Source: Patescibacteria group bacterium (GTDB lineage Bacteria > Patescibacteriota > Patescibacteriia > UBA1558 > GWA2-36-10). Taken from it: a DNA stretch of 64,000 bases. Under the pieces are notes generated by a model. It did not search any database, had not been told where the DNA came from, and saw only the letters and a program-made list of their open reading frames with translations. Shown one piece after another: positions 26,371-35,374 of the stretch; position 1 is the first letter of the stretch; each line of letters starts with the position of its first letter. Location of the stretch: the NCBI GenBank assembly GCA_041665545.1, contig JBAYIQ010000001.1, forward strand, positions 137,911 through 201,910, in the 5' to 3' direction. A program made the translations under genes and the position numbers.

Positions 26371-26377
26371 TAAAATA

Positions 26378-27772
26378 CTACGCTTTTTTTAATTTCAATT
26401 CGTCAAGTTGTTCCTTGCTAACTTCCGATGGCGAATCCATAAGCGGATCCCTATTATCCGTAGTTTTCGGGAAAGCAATGACTTCTTTGATACTCTGTTC
26501 GCCAGCCAAAATCATCAGCAATCTATCCAAACCAAAGGCAATACCGCCATGCGGAGGCACGCCATACTTAAAGGCCTCCATCAAATGTCCAAATTGATTT
26601 TGAATTTCTTTATCGCTATGTCCCAGAGCTTTGAATACTTTTTTCAAAACTTCAGGATCATGAGTACGGATGCTACCGCCAGCCACCTCCGAGCCATTGA
26701 GTACCAAGTCATACTGAAAAGCTTTAATGTCTTTCAAATCACCTTTTTCCACAACCGCTATTTTGTTTGGATCAAAAGCGGTAAAGGGATGATGCACTGC
26801 CCCCCAACGCTTATCACCTTCTTTGTATTCAAACATTGGAAAATCCACAACCCAAGCAAAGGCCAATTCATTATTATCATTTTTGTCTTTACGCAAATCT
26901 GGTTTATCGGAATTATATTTAGATATTGCTTCTTGAAAACTAATACGCGGAAAAGGCGTTTGCTGAATTTTTTTATTTGGTAAAATTTCTTTAACCAAAT
27001 CAATCATTAATTTTTCTGTCAAAACCAAAATGTCTTCTTGTTCCACAAAACTTTGCTCGATATCCAGTTGAGTAAACTCCGCTTGCCTATCTCCTCGCTG
27101 ATCTTCATCGCGGAAACAGCGCACAATCTGGCAATATTTGTCAAAACCAGCCACCATCAACATTTGTTTGTATTGTTGTGGTGATTGAGGTAAAGCATAA
27201 AATTTACCAGGATAATTACGGGATGGCACCAAAAAGTCGCGAGCACCTTCGGGCGTGCTTTTGGAAATGTATGGTGTTTCAATCTCAAGAAAATCCTGTT
27301 TATAAAGTTCATTTCTCAAAAAATTTATTACCTTGTGTCGTAATATAATATTATTTTGCAAACGCTCATGACGCAAATCTAAATAACGATATTTTAAACG
27401 CAATTCTTCATTGGCTTGACGTTCTTCATTGTCAATCTCAAAAGGCGGAGTTTCAGCCGAAGACAAAATTTCTATTTTTTTGGCCAACAACTCTACCCCA
27501 CCAGTAGGCATGTCCTTATTTATCTGTTTAACGCCTCTGGCCTGAACAATACCAGTAATCGCCAAAACAAACTCGGTCCTAACACCAGCCAAAATTGCTT
27601 GGGAAGCTTCATCTAACTCGGCGGGCACAGCTACAACCTGAACAATGCCCCAGCGATCTCGCAGGTCCAAAAAGGCAATTTTGCCCATATTGCGACGAAC
27701 ATTGACCCAACCCTTGAGTAATACTTCTTGGCCAACTAAATTGCTTGTTTCTATTGTTTTTGTTCTTGTCAT
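26378..27772 (-). CDS. aspS: aspartyl-tRNA synthetase, bacterial type lacking the GAD insertion domain
   Basis: OB fold N-terminus; motif 2 FRDEDQRGDRQAEFTQLDIE; SDKPDLRKDKNDNNELAFAWVVDFPMFE joins directly; 464 aa. Confidence 0.85.
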   Translation of the reverse strand: MTRTKTIETSNLVGQEVLLKGWVNVRRNMGKIAFLDLRDRWGIVQVVAVPAELDEASQAILAGVRTEFVLAITGIVQARGVKQINKDMPTGGVELLAKKIEILSSAETPPFEIDNEERQANEELRLKYRYLDLRHERLQNNIILRHKVINFLRNELYKQDFLEIETPYISKSTPEGARDFLVPSRNYPGKFYALPQSPQQYKQMLMVAGFDKYCQIVRCFRDEDQRGDRQAEFTQLDIEQSFVEQEDILVLTEKLMIDLVKEILPNKKIQQTPFPRISFQEAISKYNSDKPDLRKDKNDNNELAFAWVVDFPMFEYKEGDKRWGAVHHPFTAFDPNKIAVVEKGDLKDIKAFQYDLVLNGSEVAGGSIRTHDPEVLKKVFKALGHSDKEIQNQFGHLMEAFKYGVPPHGGIAFGLDRLLMILAGEQSIKEVIAFPKTTDNRDPLMDSPSEVSKEQLDELKLKKA

Positions 27773-27780
27773 AAAATATA

Positions 27781-28083
27781 TTATTTACTATCAGTTTTTA
27801 ACAAAGACCAAATATCACTATTTATGTTTGAAAATAAAGCATGAGCTTCCATTTGATCCTTATCTGCCCTATAAGCATCTACCAACCCATGGCTGGTAAA
27901 ATAAATAGCATCTTGAATGGACTTATAGTGGCTAGACCAATTTTTAAATTTTTCCAAAAGCTCTTTAAAGGCAACTTTTGTTTTATCTTCCACCGCTGAT
28001 TCGTCAATCAAAGAACACCAAAGTAAAAATTTTTCTTCGATATGGCTGTCTGGGGCTTTAAAAATTTTATTTTCTGATAACAT
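27781..28083 (-). CDS. hypothetical protein (100 aa)
   Basis: Clean ORF, host-like composition. Confidence 0.5.
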   Translation of the reverse strand: MLSENKIFKAPDSHIEEKFLLWCSLIDESAVEDKTKVAFKELLEKFKNWSSHYKSIQDAIYFTSHGLVDAYRADKDQMEAHALFSNINSDIWSLLKTDSK

Positions 28084-28094
28084 ATTAATTTTAA

Positions 28095-28170
28095 TGGAGC
28101 CACCCGTCGGAATTGAACCGACAACCTATGGTTTACGATACCATTGCTCTGCCAGTTGAGCTAGGGTGGC
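28095..28170 (-). tRNA. tRNA-Thr (anticodon CGT), CCA encoded
   Basis: GCCACCC/GGGTGGC acceptor, loop ATCGTAA, T arm GTCGGTTCAATTCCGAC. Confidence 0.95.
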
Positions 28171-28192
28171 AAATTTATAACTTTAATTATAA

Positions 28193-28271
28193 GGTTTATC
28201 GCCCAGAGGGCGACCCCGTCCCGCAACGCGAGATGGCGACACCACTGCTCTACCAATTGAGCCCGCCCGGC
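28193..28271 (-). pseudogene. tRNA-Thr-like 5' fragment with GC-rich hairpin inserted in the anticodon loop
   Basis: GCCGGGCGGGCTCAATTGGTAGAGCAGTGGTGTCG + 38-nt insert (contains TCGCCCTCTGGGCGA hairpin) + TAAACC; no T arm; 22 nt upstream of intact tRNA-Thr. Confidence 0.6.
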
Positions 28272-28322
28272 ACGCCGATGGCGTAGCCATGGCGGAAGGG
28301 CTATCTCGGCCCAAGGCCGTCT

Positions 28323-29618
28323 TTATGGCCTTAATCTATAAATCGTCCTAGGAAACGGTATGGTCTCCCGGACATGTTCCAAGCCGCAAACCCAAGCCAC
28401 AATACGCTCTAAGCCAAAGCCAAAACCACCGTGTGGGACCGAACCATATTTTCGCAAATCCAAATACCACTCAAATTCTTTGAAGGGCAATTTATGCTCT
28501 TTGATGCTTTTTAGTATTGTGTCATAGTCATCTTCTCTTTGTGAACCACCGATTATTTCACCATAACCCTCAGGTGCCAACAAATCACTGCAGGCCGCCT
28601 TGTCTTTATCTTTCTGATCACGCTTCATGTAAAAAGCTTTTATCCGGCTTGGATAGTTATTTATAAAAATTGGATTGTCGTATTCTTTGGTCAGCATGGT
28701 TTCATCATCAGCCCCAAAATCATCACCATCTTTGATATCTGAGCCAAGCTTTTGTAATTTTTTTATGGCTTCAGAATAAGTCAAATGATAAAATGGCTTA
28801 TCAATATTTTGCAAAATCTTAACATCACGTTCTAATATTTCAAGTTCTGTTTTATTTTTTTCCAAAACTCGTTTGACCATGTGTCTGATCAATGCCTCTT
28901 GAGTGCCCATATTCTGTGTTAAGTCTACAAAAGCCATTTCAGCGTCCATCATCCAAAATTCTGTTAAGTGGCGTCTGGTCTTGGACTTTTCTGCTCTGAA
29001 AGTCGGACCAAAATCAAAAACGCGTCCATGAGCATAAATAGCTGCCTCTAAATAAAGCTGGCCACTCTGTGACAAATAAGCAGTTTCATCAAAATATTTT
29101 ACCGAAAATAAATCAGTTGTCCCTTCACAAGCACTAGGCGTCAAAATTGGTGAATCAATTTTAATAAAATTATTTTGCGCCATGAATTCATAAGTGGCCT
29201 GAATCAAAGTATTGCGTACGCGCTGGATAGCCCACTGCTTTTTGGAGCGCAACCACAAATGACGATTGTCCAGCAAAAAATCAATGCCATGATCTTTTTT
29301 GCTAATCGGATATTCTTCGGCAATCTGAAAAAAATCAAAATCTTTTACCAAAATTTCATATTCCTCTTTTTTGGGATGCTTGTTAACTAGGCCAATTATT
29401 TTCACCGAAGATTCTAGAGATGCTTTTTGGGCTAGCTCCCATTTGTCTTTTGGCAAATCATCGGCATTGACAATAGCTTGAGAAAAATCCGAGCCATCCC
29501 TAAGTTGCCAAAACATAATTTTGCCAGAAGAACGAAAATTATAAATCCAACAGCGAATCTCTACTTCTTGGCCGACAAATTGAGCTAAATCTTTTAATAA
29601 TATTGCTTGCATAATCAT
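28323..29618 (-). CDS. asnS: asparaginyl-tRNA synthetase
   Basis: FRAEKSKTRRHLTEFWMMDAEMAF motif 2, GGFGFGLERI motif 3; start trimmed to MIMQAILLKD (tracked N-terminus is AT-rich leader). Confidence 0.85.
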   Translation of the reverse strand: MIMQAILLKDLAQFVGQEVEIRCWIYNFRSSGKIMFWQLRDGSDFSQAIVNADDLPKDKWELAQKASLESSVKIIGLVNKHPKKEEYEILVKDFDFFQIAEEYPISKKDHGIDFLLDNRHLWLRSKKQWAIQRVRNTLIQATYEFMAQNNFIKIDSPILTPSACEGTTDLFSVKYFDETAYLSQSGQLYLEAAIYAHGRVFDFGPTFRAEKSKTRRHLTEFWMMDAEMAFVDLTQNMGTQEALIRHMVKRVLEKNKTELEILERDVKILQNIDKPFYHLTYSEAIKKLQKLGSDIKDGDDFGADDETMLTKEYDNPIFINNYPSRIKAFYMKRDQKDKDKAACSDLLAPEGYGEIIGGSQREDDYDTILKSIKEHKLPFKEFEWYLDLRKYGSVPHGGFGFGLERIVAWVCGLEHVRETIPFPRTIYRLRP

Positions 29619-29712
29619 TATTTTTATATGTAAATAATACCTAAAAATACGCTTTATTACAAGTAAGATAACTAAATAAAAAATGCTCAAAAATACCAAC
29701 AAAACATACCCC

Positions 29713-29741
29713 TTGACAGGTTTTTAATTATATGCTATCAT
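29713..29741 (+). promoter_or_regulatory. rnpB promoter TTGACA-N17-TATCAT (TGc extended -10)
   Basis: TTGACA 29713-29718, TATCAT 29736-29741. Confidence 0.55.
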
Positions 29742-29769
29742 ATTTTATTGATCTTCGAAATAACGAGTT

Positions 29770-30103
29770 GGGGGGTGTTGGGACGCTCGAGAAGTCCTGG
29801 GGACACCTGCTAGTTGTGGTCAGGGCCCGAACTGTTTGGGCTCGCTGTAATCCCGCAAAGGTTAGCGGGTGCAGTTTATCAGACCACGGATGGCAATCCT
29901 GATCCTTGTCTGTTGGGACAATGGGGATGGACCCGTCTTATCGTCGTCCCGAGGCCTCGGGCGACCAGCTGGCAGTGCCGATTTTTGAAAAACGTTCCCC
30001 ACAGACGGTGACGTGAAGCGCTCACGTTTCCTAGCGGGGATATCCTTGGCCAGGAGAGAATACAGGCCTCGGCTTACCTTCAGGACTTGTCCTGGCACCC
30101 CCC
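29770..30103 (+). ncRNA. rnpB: RNase P RNA (bacterial type)
   Basis: P1 pairing GGGGGGTGTTGGGAC / GTCCTGGCACCCCCC; CR-I-like CGAGAAGUCCUGGGG; CR-V-like GAGAAUACAGGCCUCGGCUUAC. Confidence 0.75.
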
Positions 30104-30119
30104 GTGTTCCTACCGATGA

Positions 30120-30160
30120 GGAGTCTTTGTCTACACCATGGCAAGACTCCTTTTCTTTTT
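30120..30160 (+). terminator. rnpB terminator
   Basis: GGAGTCTT ... AAGACTCC stem followed by TTTTCTTTTT. Confidence 0.7.
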
Positions 30161-30220
30161 GTTTAAAATAAAGAAATACCGCCGTCGAACCAGTGGGTTC
30201 GATGGCGGTACGAAATGTCC

Positions 30221-30412
30221 CTACACCTTCATGCAGGGAGCGTGAGGTGTGTCGCGATGCAAGCGCAGCTTCTCGGGAGTGATGTTGTTCCCGCACTCCG
30301 CCATACTGCACTTGACGCAATGCTCGCTCTTGAGGTGCCGAAGCCCCCTTTCCGAACGCGGAAGCGTTCTCCTGTTCGCATTGTTCCCCTTGGTGACCTG
30401 CTTCTTGCCCAT
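30221..30412 (-). CDS. high-GC small basic Cys/His-rich protein (63 aa)
   Basis: CAAGGAGGGA RBS 3 nt before ATG 30412; MGKKQVTKGNNANRR...HCVKCSMAEC...HAPC; own promoter and hairpin terminator (30180-30213). Confidence 0.55.
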   Translation of the reverse strand: MGKKQVTKGNNANRRTLPRSERGLRHLKSEHCVKCSMAECGNNITPEKLRLHRDTPHAPCMKV

Positions 30413-30460
30413 GGGTCCCTCCTTGAGATACATGATCACCAACGAAAGAGCAGTCTATAT

Positions 30461-30489
30461 ATTATGTATAGAAATTATTCTTTTGTCAA
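30461..30489 (-). promoter_or_regulatory. promoter of cassette 2 (TTGACA-N17-CATAAT)
   Basis: tgtcaa 30484-30489, attatg 30461-30466 on plus strand. Confidence 0.5.
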
Positions 30490-30547
30490 ACAAACAACCC
30501 GCCCGCCACCGCATTGCGGGGCGAAACGGGTTGAAATTAAAAATAAT

Positions 30548-31720
30548 TTATACTGTAACGGTTGCTCTTTGTTTGCGCCGACCAAAAAATACTACAAAAA
30601 AAGCAATTAAACAAAATAAAGCACTAACAAAAAATGGCAGATGTAAATGAGTCTGAAATAAAAAGCCAGCAATCAGTGGCCCAAAAATTGAAGCCATATC
30701 AGATAAGGCGGTTAAAGTACCCAAAACTTCACCGCGTCTTTGTGGATCGGCACTACCGACAGTAATGCTATTCATTATGGCGCGCAAAACACCTTGAGAA
30801 AAAGTGGTTATGAATACGCCCAAGAAAAAAATAATTGGAAACCATGATCCCATAAAAATAAAACCAACTACACACAACAATAACAACCAGAGCTCTAATT
30901 GAAGCACCTTAAATCTTTTTAACCAAAAATGCTTTAGGGCTAGGCCTTGGTTAATGACTAAAACAACACCCATTATAGTGATGACCATACCACTCAAAAA
31001 GGAACTAAAGTGCAAAACATCTTTGAAATAGATGGCCAAAATTGATTGCATGCCAAAAGCCGCCATTCCAAAGAAAAACCAAGAAGCAAATGATGGCCAC
31101 AGCGGTTTATTTAGCACGGCCCGCTTGAGTGGCACAAAAGGATTGATACTGATCTTACCTGATGTGCGATGATTGATATTTGATTCGGGCAAATATTTCC
31201 AAGAAATAATGGCATTAACTAAAGCCAAAAAACCCACAAATAGAAAAGGAAAATTTGGTGAAATGGCGCTTAGCACACCACCAATGAAGGGGCCGATCAC
31301 AAAACCTAAACCAAAAAGAGCGCCAATATAACCAAGATTGGTGGTTCTTTCTTTTTCATCTTTAGCCAAATCAACTAAATAGCCCTGGGCTGTAGATATA
31401 TTACCAGCGGCCAGACCATCGATCACTCTACCCAAAAATAATTGGAACACATTGTGAGCAGAGGCAAAGACAAACCAGCCAATGGAAGTGCTCAACAGTG
31501 ACAAAAATAAAACCGGCTTGCGACCATAGCGATCAGAAATTGCGCCTAAAACTGGATTGCTAAAAAACGAACAAAAAGCGTATACCGCAATCAAAGAAGT
31601 GATGGTCAAGGGCGAAATTCCAAAAGAACTAACAAAAAAAGGCAGGACTGGTATGATGATACCCAGTCCAACAACATCTATTAAGACCGTGAATAATATT
31701 AACGATTTCGCTCTTGGCAT
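30548..31720 (-). CDS. MFS transporter (drug/H+ antiporter-like)
   Basis: 12 TM pattern; GAISDRYGRKPVL motif A. Confidence 0.8.
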   Translation of the reverse strand: MPRAKSLILFTVLIDVVGLGIIIPVLPFFVSSFGISPLTITSLIAVYAFCSFFSNPVLGAISDRYGRKPVLFLSLLSTSIGWFVFASAHNVFQLFLGRVIDGLAAGNISTAQGYLVDLAKDEKERTTNLGYIGALFGLGFVIGPFIGGVLSAISPNFPFLFVGFLALVNAIISWKYLPESNINHRTSGKISINPFVPLKRAVLNKPLWPSFASWFFFGMAAFGMQSILAIYFKDVLHFSSFLSGMVITIMGVVLVINQGLALKHFWLKRFKVLQLELWLLLLCVVGFIFMGSWFPIIFFLGVFITTFSQGVLRAIMNSITVGSADPQRRGEVLGTLTALSDMASIFGPLIAGFLFQTHLHLPFFVSALFCLIAFFVVFFGRRKQRATVTV

Positions 31721-31721
31721 A

Positions 31722-32237
31722 TCAGATACGCTTGATTGATTTCAAAAAAATCCAAGCAATGATGCCACCCAAAAGGGCATTGAGTAATTGCTGATAGCTC
31801 ATCATACTACTAACCAGATTGGCTAGAGAGGTAGTTTTGATTATTTTAGAAACAAGTATACTAGCCAGAGAATAAATAAAAATATATTTAGCAAAACTAG
31901 CCACAGCCACAGCCAGCCAAAAATTTTTTTCTTTGAAATAATTAAAAAATAAGACTAATAAAATATTGCCAATAATAATCACTGGAATCAAGGGCAACAT
32001 GATGGCTGGCAAGAGTCCAGTACTAAAAGCAATCACGCTGGGTAAAAAACAAATTAACAAAGCATTGTTTGCTCCCAACATTATTACCGCAATATACAAC
32101 AAGGCGTTGACCAAAGGGCCAGTGATTTGCTGTAAAGGAAAAAGTGGCAACAAAGCAGCCAAACTCATCATGGCCAAAAGTTGTGTGACTACAACTATTT
32201 TTTTATCACTAATTGCTTCTGCTTTTGCTTCAGCCAT
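31722..32237 (-). CDS. small polytopic membrane protein (function unknown; possibly ECF S-component-like)
   Basis: 5 hydrophobic helices; tightly packed between hydA and MFS genes. Confidence 0.55.
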   Translation of the reverse strand: MAEAKAEAISDKKIVVVTQLLAMMSLAALLPLFPLQQITGPLVNALLYIAVIMLGANNALLICFLPSVIAFSTGLLPAIMLPLIPVIIIGNILLVLFFNYFKEKNFWLAVAVASFAKYIFIYSLASILVSKIIKTTSLANLVSSMMSYQQLLNALLGGIIAWIFLKSIKRI

Positions 32238-32239
32238 AT

Positions 32240-33958
32240 TTATATTTTGACCTGCCTGCTAGTTTTATTAAAATGCGTATGACAAATTTTGTGAATTATT
32301 TTTTTGTCAGTAAAATACTCGGCGTAAAGTTTTTTCATTTCCGGACTATCTTGAGCAGCTTTTAATTTAGAAGCAATGTCAATATTAAATAAACTCTTGG
32401 CTCTTTTGGCTCTAATTTTTTGATTAGTAGGCACTGGTTGTCCGCCACCGCCAATACAACCACCCGGACAAGCCATGACTTCCACATAATCATACTTAAC
32501 TTGTTTTTTCTTTAATTTTTTTAATAATTTTTCAGCTGAACCAGAACCACTGACAAAAGCCACTTTATATTCTTGGCCTTTTATTTTCAAAGTCGCTTCC
32601 CGCAAACCTGCTATGTCACTAGAATTTTGCCAGCAAATATTTGGTAATTTCTGGCCAGTCAGTTGAAAATATACTGTCCGCAAAGCTGACTCCATCACAC
32701 CACCTACGGCACCGTAAATAACTCCCGAGCCAGTCGGCCGACCCAGCGGGTCGTCTAGAGCTTTGGGCTTCAAATTTGGCAAATCAATTTTGTGTTTTTT
32801 AAATAAATAAGCTAATTCGCGTGTTGTCAGAACATAGTCAACTGGCTTTAGGCCATTTATTTTCAACTCCGATCTATTCATTTCCCATTTTTTGGCCACA
32901 CAAGGCATGACTGAAACCACAACTATATTTTTGGGATCTATTTTTTTGCTCTGAGCCCAATAAGTTTTTATTAATCCACCCAAATTTATCTGCGGAGAGC
33001 GAACCGTGGTCAGATTGGGAATAAACTCTGGATAAAAAAATTCAATGTATTTTACCCAAGATGGGCAACAAGAGGTGAACATTGGCAATGTACCTTTGGC
33101 TTCAACGCGCTCAATGAATTCCTTGGCTTCCTCAATAGTAGTCACATCAGAACCAACTGCTACATCAAAAACATAGTCAGCACCCAGCATCTTCAAGCCA
33201 GCTGAGAGCTTTTCGGTCACAATAGCGCCTGGTTCCAAGCCAAACTCCTCACCAATACTGACCCTGACACTAGGCGCAAATTGGAAAACCACTACTTTAT
33301 TTTTGTCTAACAAGGGCTTTTCTACACCTTCAAACTCGCCAGCGCCCTCAAAAGCACCCACCGGACAATGCACTAAACACTGACCGCAATAGATGCAGTC
33401 AATATTTTTATCTTTAGTGGGTACCACATTGAAAAAAGTATTGTCTTGCTCGTAAGTCAAAAAATCAACTCCCTGCTTATGACAAATCTCCACACAGTTA
33501 CCGCAATCAATGCACTTGGAACTGTCGTATTGCAAAGCCGTACTAAAAGGATAAGTGGGAAATTTATTTTTTCTATCTGGAAAACGAGTAATAGTAGAAT
33601 TAAATTTTTTGGCCAAATCTTTGATCTGGCACTTATACATATAGACACAGTCGTTGCACTCTTCACGGTGCTGAGCAAAAATCAATTCCATATTTACTTG
33701 CCGCGCCTTGGCAATCTCTTCTGACTCAGTGAAGACTTCCATACCCGGTGAAACATAAGTACTGCAAGAAGTAGGCAAACCTTTTTGGCCTTTAATCTCC
33801 ACCACACAAATACGACAATTTGGTTTGATTTCTAAATCCGGATGCCAACAAAGAGTTGGTATGTAAATACCATTGGCTTCAGCCGCTTGCAAGACGGCCT
33901 GGCCTTCTTCGGCGATTATTTTTTTATTATTTATTTTTATTTCAATTTTTTTGGCCAT
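32240..33958 (-). CDS. hydA: [FeFe]-hydrogenase catalytic subunit (HydA/HndD-like)
   Basis: N-terminal 2Fe-2S and two CxxCxxCxxxC clusters; H-cluster motifs TSCCPSW, MPCVAKKWE, EVMACPGGCIGGGGQP. Confidence 0.9.
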   Translation of the reverse strand: MAKKIEIKINNKKIIAEEGQAVLQAAEANGIYIPTLCWHPDLEIKPNCRICVVEIKGQKGLPTSCSTYVSPGMEVFTESEEIAKARQVNMELIFAQHREECNDCVYMYKCQIKDLAKKFNSTITRFPDRKNKFPTYPFSTALQYDSSKCIDCGNCVEICHKQGVDFLTYEQDNTFFNVVPTKDKNIDCIYCGQCLVHCPVGAFEGAGEFEGVEKPLLDKNKVVVFQFAPSVRVSIGEEFGLEPGAIVTEKLSAGLKMLGADYVFDVAVGSDVTTIEEAKEFIERVEAKGTLPMFTSCCPSWVKYIEFFYPEFIPNLTTVRSPQINLGGLIKTYWAQSKKIDPKNIVVVSVMPCVAKKWEMNRSELKINGLKPVDYVLTTRELAYLFKKHKIDLPNLKPKALDDPLGRPTGSGVIYGAVGGVMESALRTVYFQLTGQKLPNICWQNSSDIAGLREATLKIKGQEYKVAFVSGSGSAEKLLKKLKKKQVKYDYVEVMACPGGCIGGGGQPVPTNQKIRAKRAKSLFNIDIASKLKAAQDSPEMKKLYAEYFTDKKIIHKICHTHFNKTSRQVKI

Positions 33959-34946
33959 TTTTTTCAGGTGTAATAATTTTATAAATCAAACTACGAAATG
34001 GTCCGGGCACGCTCTTACCCAAGGCGCAAAAGCTAGTATTTTCCATAACCAAAAATAAATCATTCAAAATCGCTTGGTCAATCATGCGTTTGTGCACCAT
34101 TTCAGCCAGACGATAAACTCCCTCGCGACAAGGCGTGCATTTATCACAATTGGCTTCCATAAAAAACTTGGCCCAGCGATAAAGTAATAAATAGGGGTCA
34201 GTTTTTTGCTTGTCATAGACTACAATGGCGCCAGATCCGCCCACTGGGCGATCAAGCTCACTGCTTAAAAAAATCTCCCTGCTAGCGCCCCCACCAGCTT
34301 GCACAAAAAAATCTTTTTTGGGCCAAGAGCCAGTTTTTTCCAAAACATCTTTGATGGTCAAGTCCAAAGCCATTTCATGAACGCCTGATTTTTTGACATC
34401 ACCAGAAATCGTATAAAATCTGGTCTGCTGATAATCATCGTGCGCTATTTTGGAAACACAATAAAAAGTTTCAATATTATTTATCAGTGTAGGGTAGCCG
34501 TAAATACCTTTTTGACCGGGAAAAGGCGGTCTGATTCTTGGGCGCGCTAATTTATTTTCTATTTCCTCACAGACAACAGTTTCTTCGCCAGACAAATATC
34601 CACCCTTTTCTTCAAAGACCGTAATTGGCGCTTTGCCAATTATTTTTTCCAAGGGTTTTTTGAAACGGCGATAATATTTTTTGTTTAAATAAATTATACC
34701 CACACTTCCAGGGATACAAGCCAGAGCTTGCTTAACTCCATCAACTAAAATATTAGCGTGATGTTGTAAAATAAAAAAATCTTTGTGGACATTGGGTTCA
34801 CCTTCTGAACCATTAGCCACAATATATTTTTTGCTCCCACTGGCATCAAGCACCATTTGCCACTTCAAATAAGTAGGATAGGCGGCTCCGCCACGCCCTA
34901 GTAAATTACTTTGTTTTAATTTTTGTATTAAATCTTTTTTAGCCAT
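33942..34946 (-). CDS. NuoF/HndC-like NAD(P)H-binding flavoprotein subunit
   Basis: GRGGAAYPTYLKW, ANGSEGEPNVHKD, C-terminal CDKCTPCREG cluster. Confidence 0.8.
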   Translation of the reverse strand: MAKKDLIQKLKQSNLLGRGGAAYPTYLKWQMVLDASGSKKYIVANGSEGEPNVHKDFFILQHHANILVDGVKQALACIPGSVGIIYLNKKYYRRFKKPLEKIIGKAPITVFEEKGGYLSGEETVVCEEIENKLARPRIRPPFPGQKGIYGYPTLINNIETFYCVSKIAHDDYQQTRFYTISGDVKKSGVHEMALDLTIKDVLEKTGSWPKKDFFVQAGGGASREIFLSSELDRPVGGSGAIVVYDKQKTDPYLLLYRWAKFFMEANCDKCTPCREGVYRLAEMVHKRMIDQAILNDLFLVMENTSFCALGKSVPGPFRSLIYKIITPEKNGQKN

Positions 34947-34994
34947 AATTAAATATTATTTTACCATATTTTGGCCTTAAAGAAAAATTTGACA

Positions 34995-35368
34995 AAAAGA
35001 AAACAGGGAGGACTTTGCCTGATGGCGCGATCCTCCCTGTGCGTGGTACAAGCGGCCATTCGGCCGCGCGGCGTTCGGGCTTGGCCAAACATCCAGACTG
35101 CACCTGTCCAGACCCACTTGTAGACAACGGCGAATTCCGCTGTAGACGAATGGTCGTTGACCTTAGGGCTCCTAGCCGCAATACCCGATATCGGTGGGCT
35201 CCGCTGGCTCGGTATCAGCCAGAACAACGACTATGGCGTTGTTATGAGAAATATGTGGAGGCCCAAGCGCTTGGTATTTGGCCAGCTGACCAGCCGAACC
35301 CGCCAAGGGAAGAGCCGAACAGCGGTCTAGCCGTGGCTTTGGGCCCCCTTGAAAAAAGAGCGTACTAA
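34995..35368 (-). ncRNA. GC-rich structured RNA of unknown class (about 375 nt)
   Basis: Own promoter (35375-35403) and terminator CAGGGAGGA...UCCUCCCUG+U-run (35004-35039); many local hairpins; no ORF with RBS. Confidence 0.6.
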
Positions 35369-35374
35369 GGGGAA

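Noticed and set aside
29814-30650. ORFs 29862-30320(-), 30215-30610(+), 30249-30650(+) and 29814-30011(+)
   Set aside because: They overlap RNase P RNA, terminators and the antisense of the 63-aa gene. They have no RBS and implausible Arg/Ser/Cys-rich sequences.
34995-35368. Possibility that the 375-nt RNA is tmRNA (the size fits), or that it or the 26-kb RNA is SRP or 6S RNA
   Set aside because: There is no GGGG 5' end pairing with a ...CCACCA 3' end, no T-arm GGUUCGAAUCC-like element, and no tag ORF ending in hydrophobic residues. The SRP helix-8 GGAA/AGCAGC motif is absent. I cannot exclude divergent versions without a covariance-model search, so they are left as unknown class.
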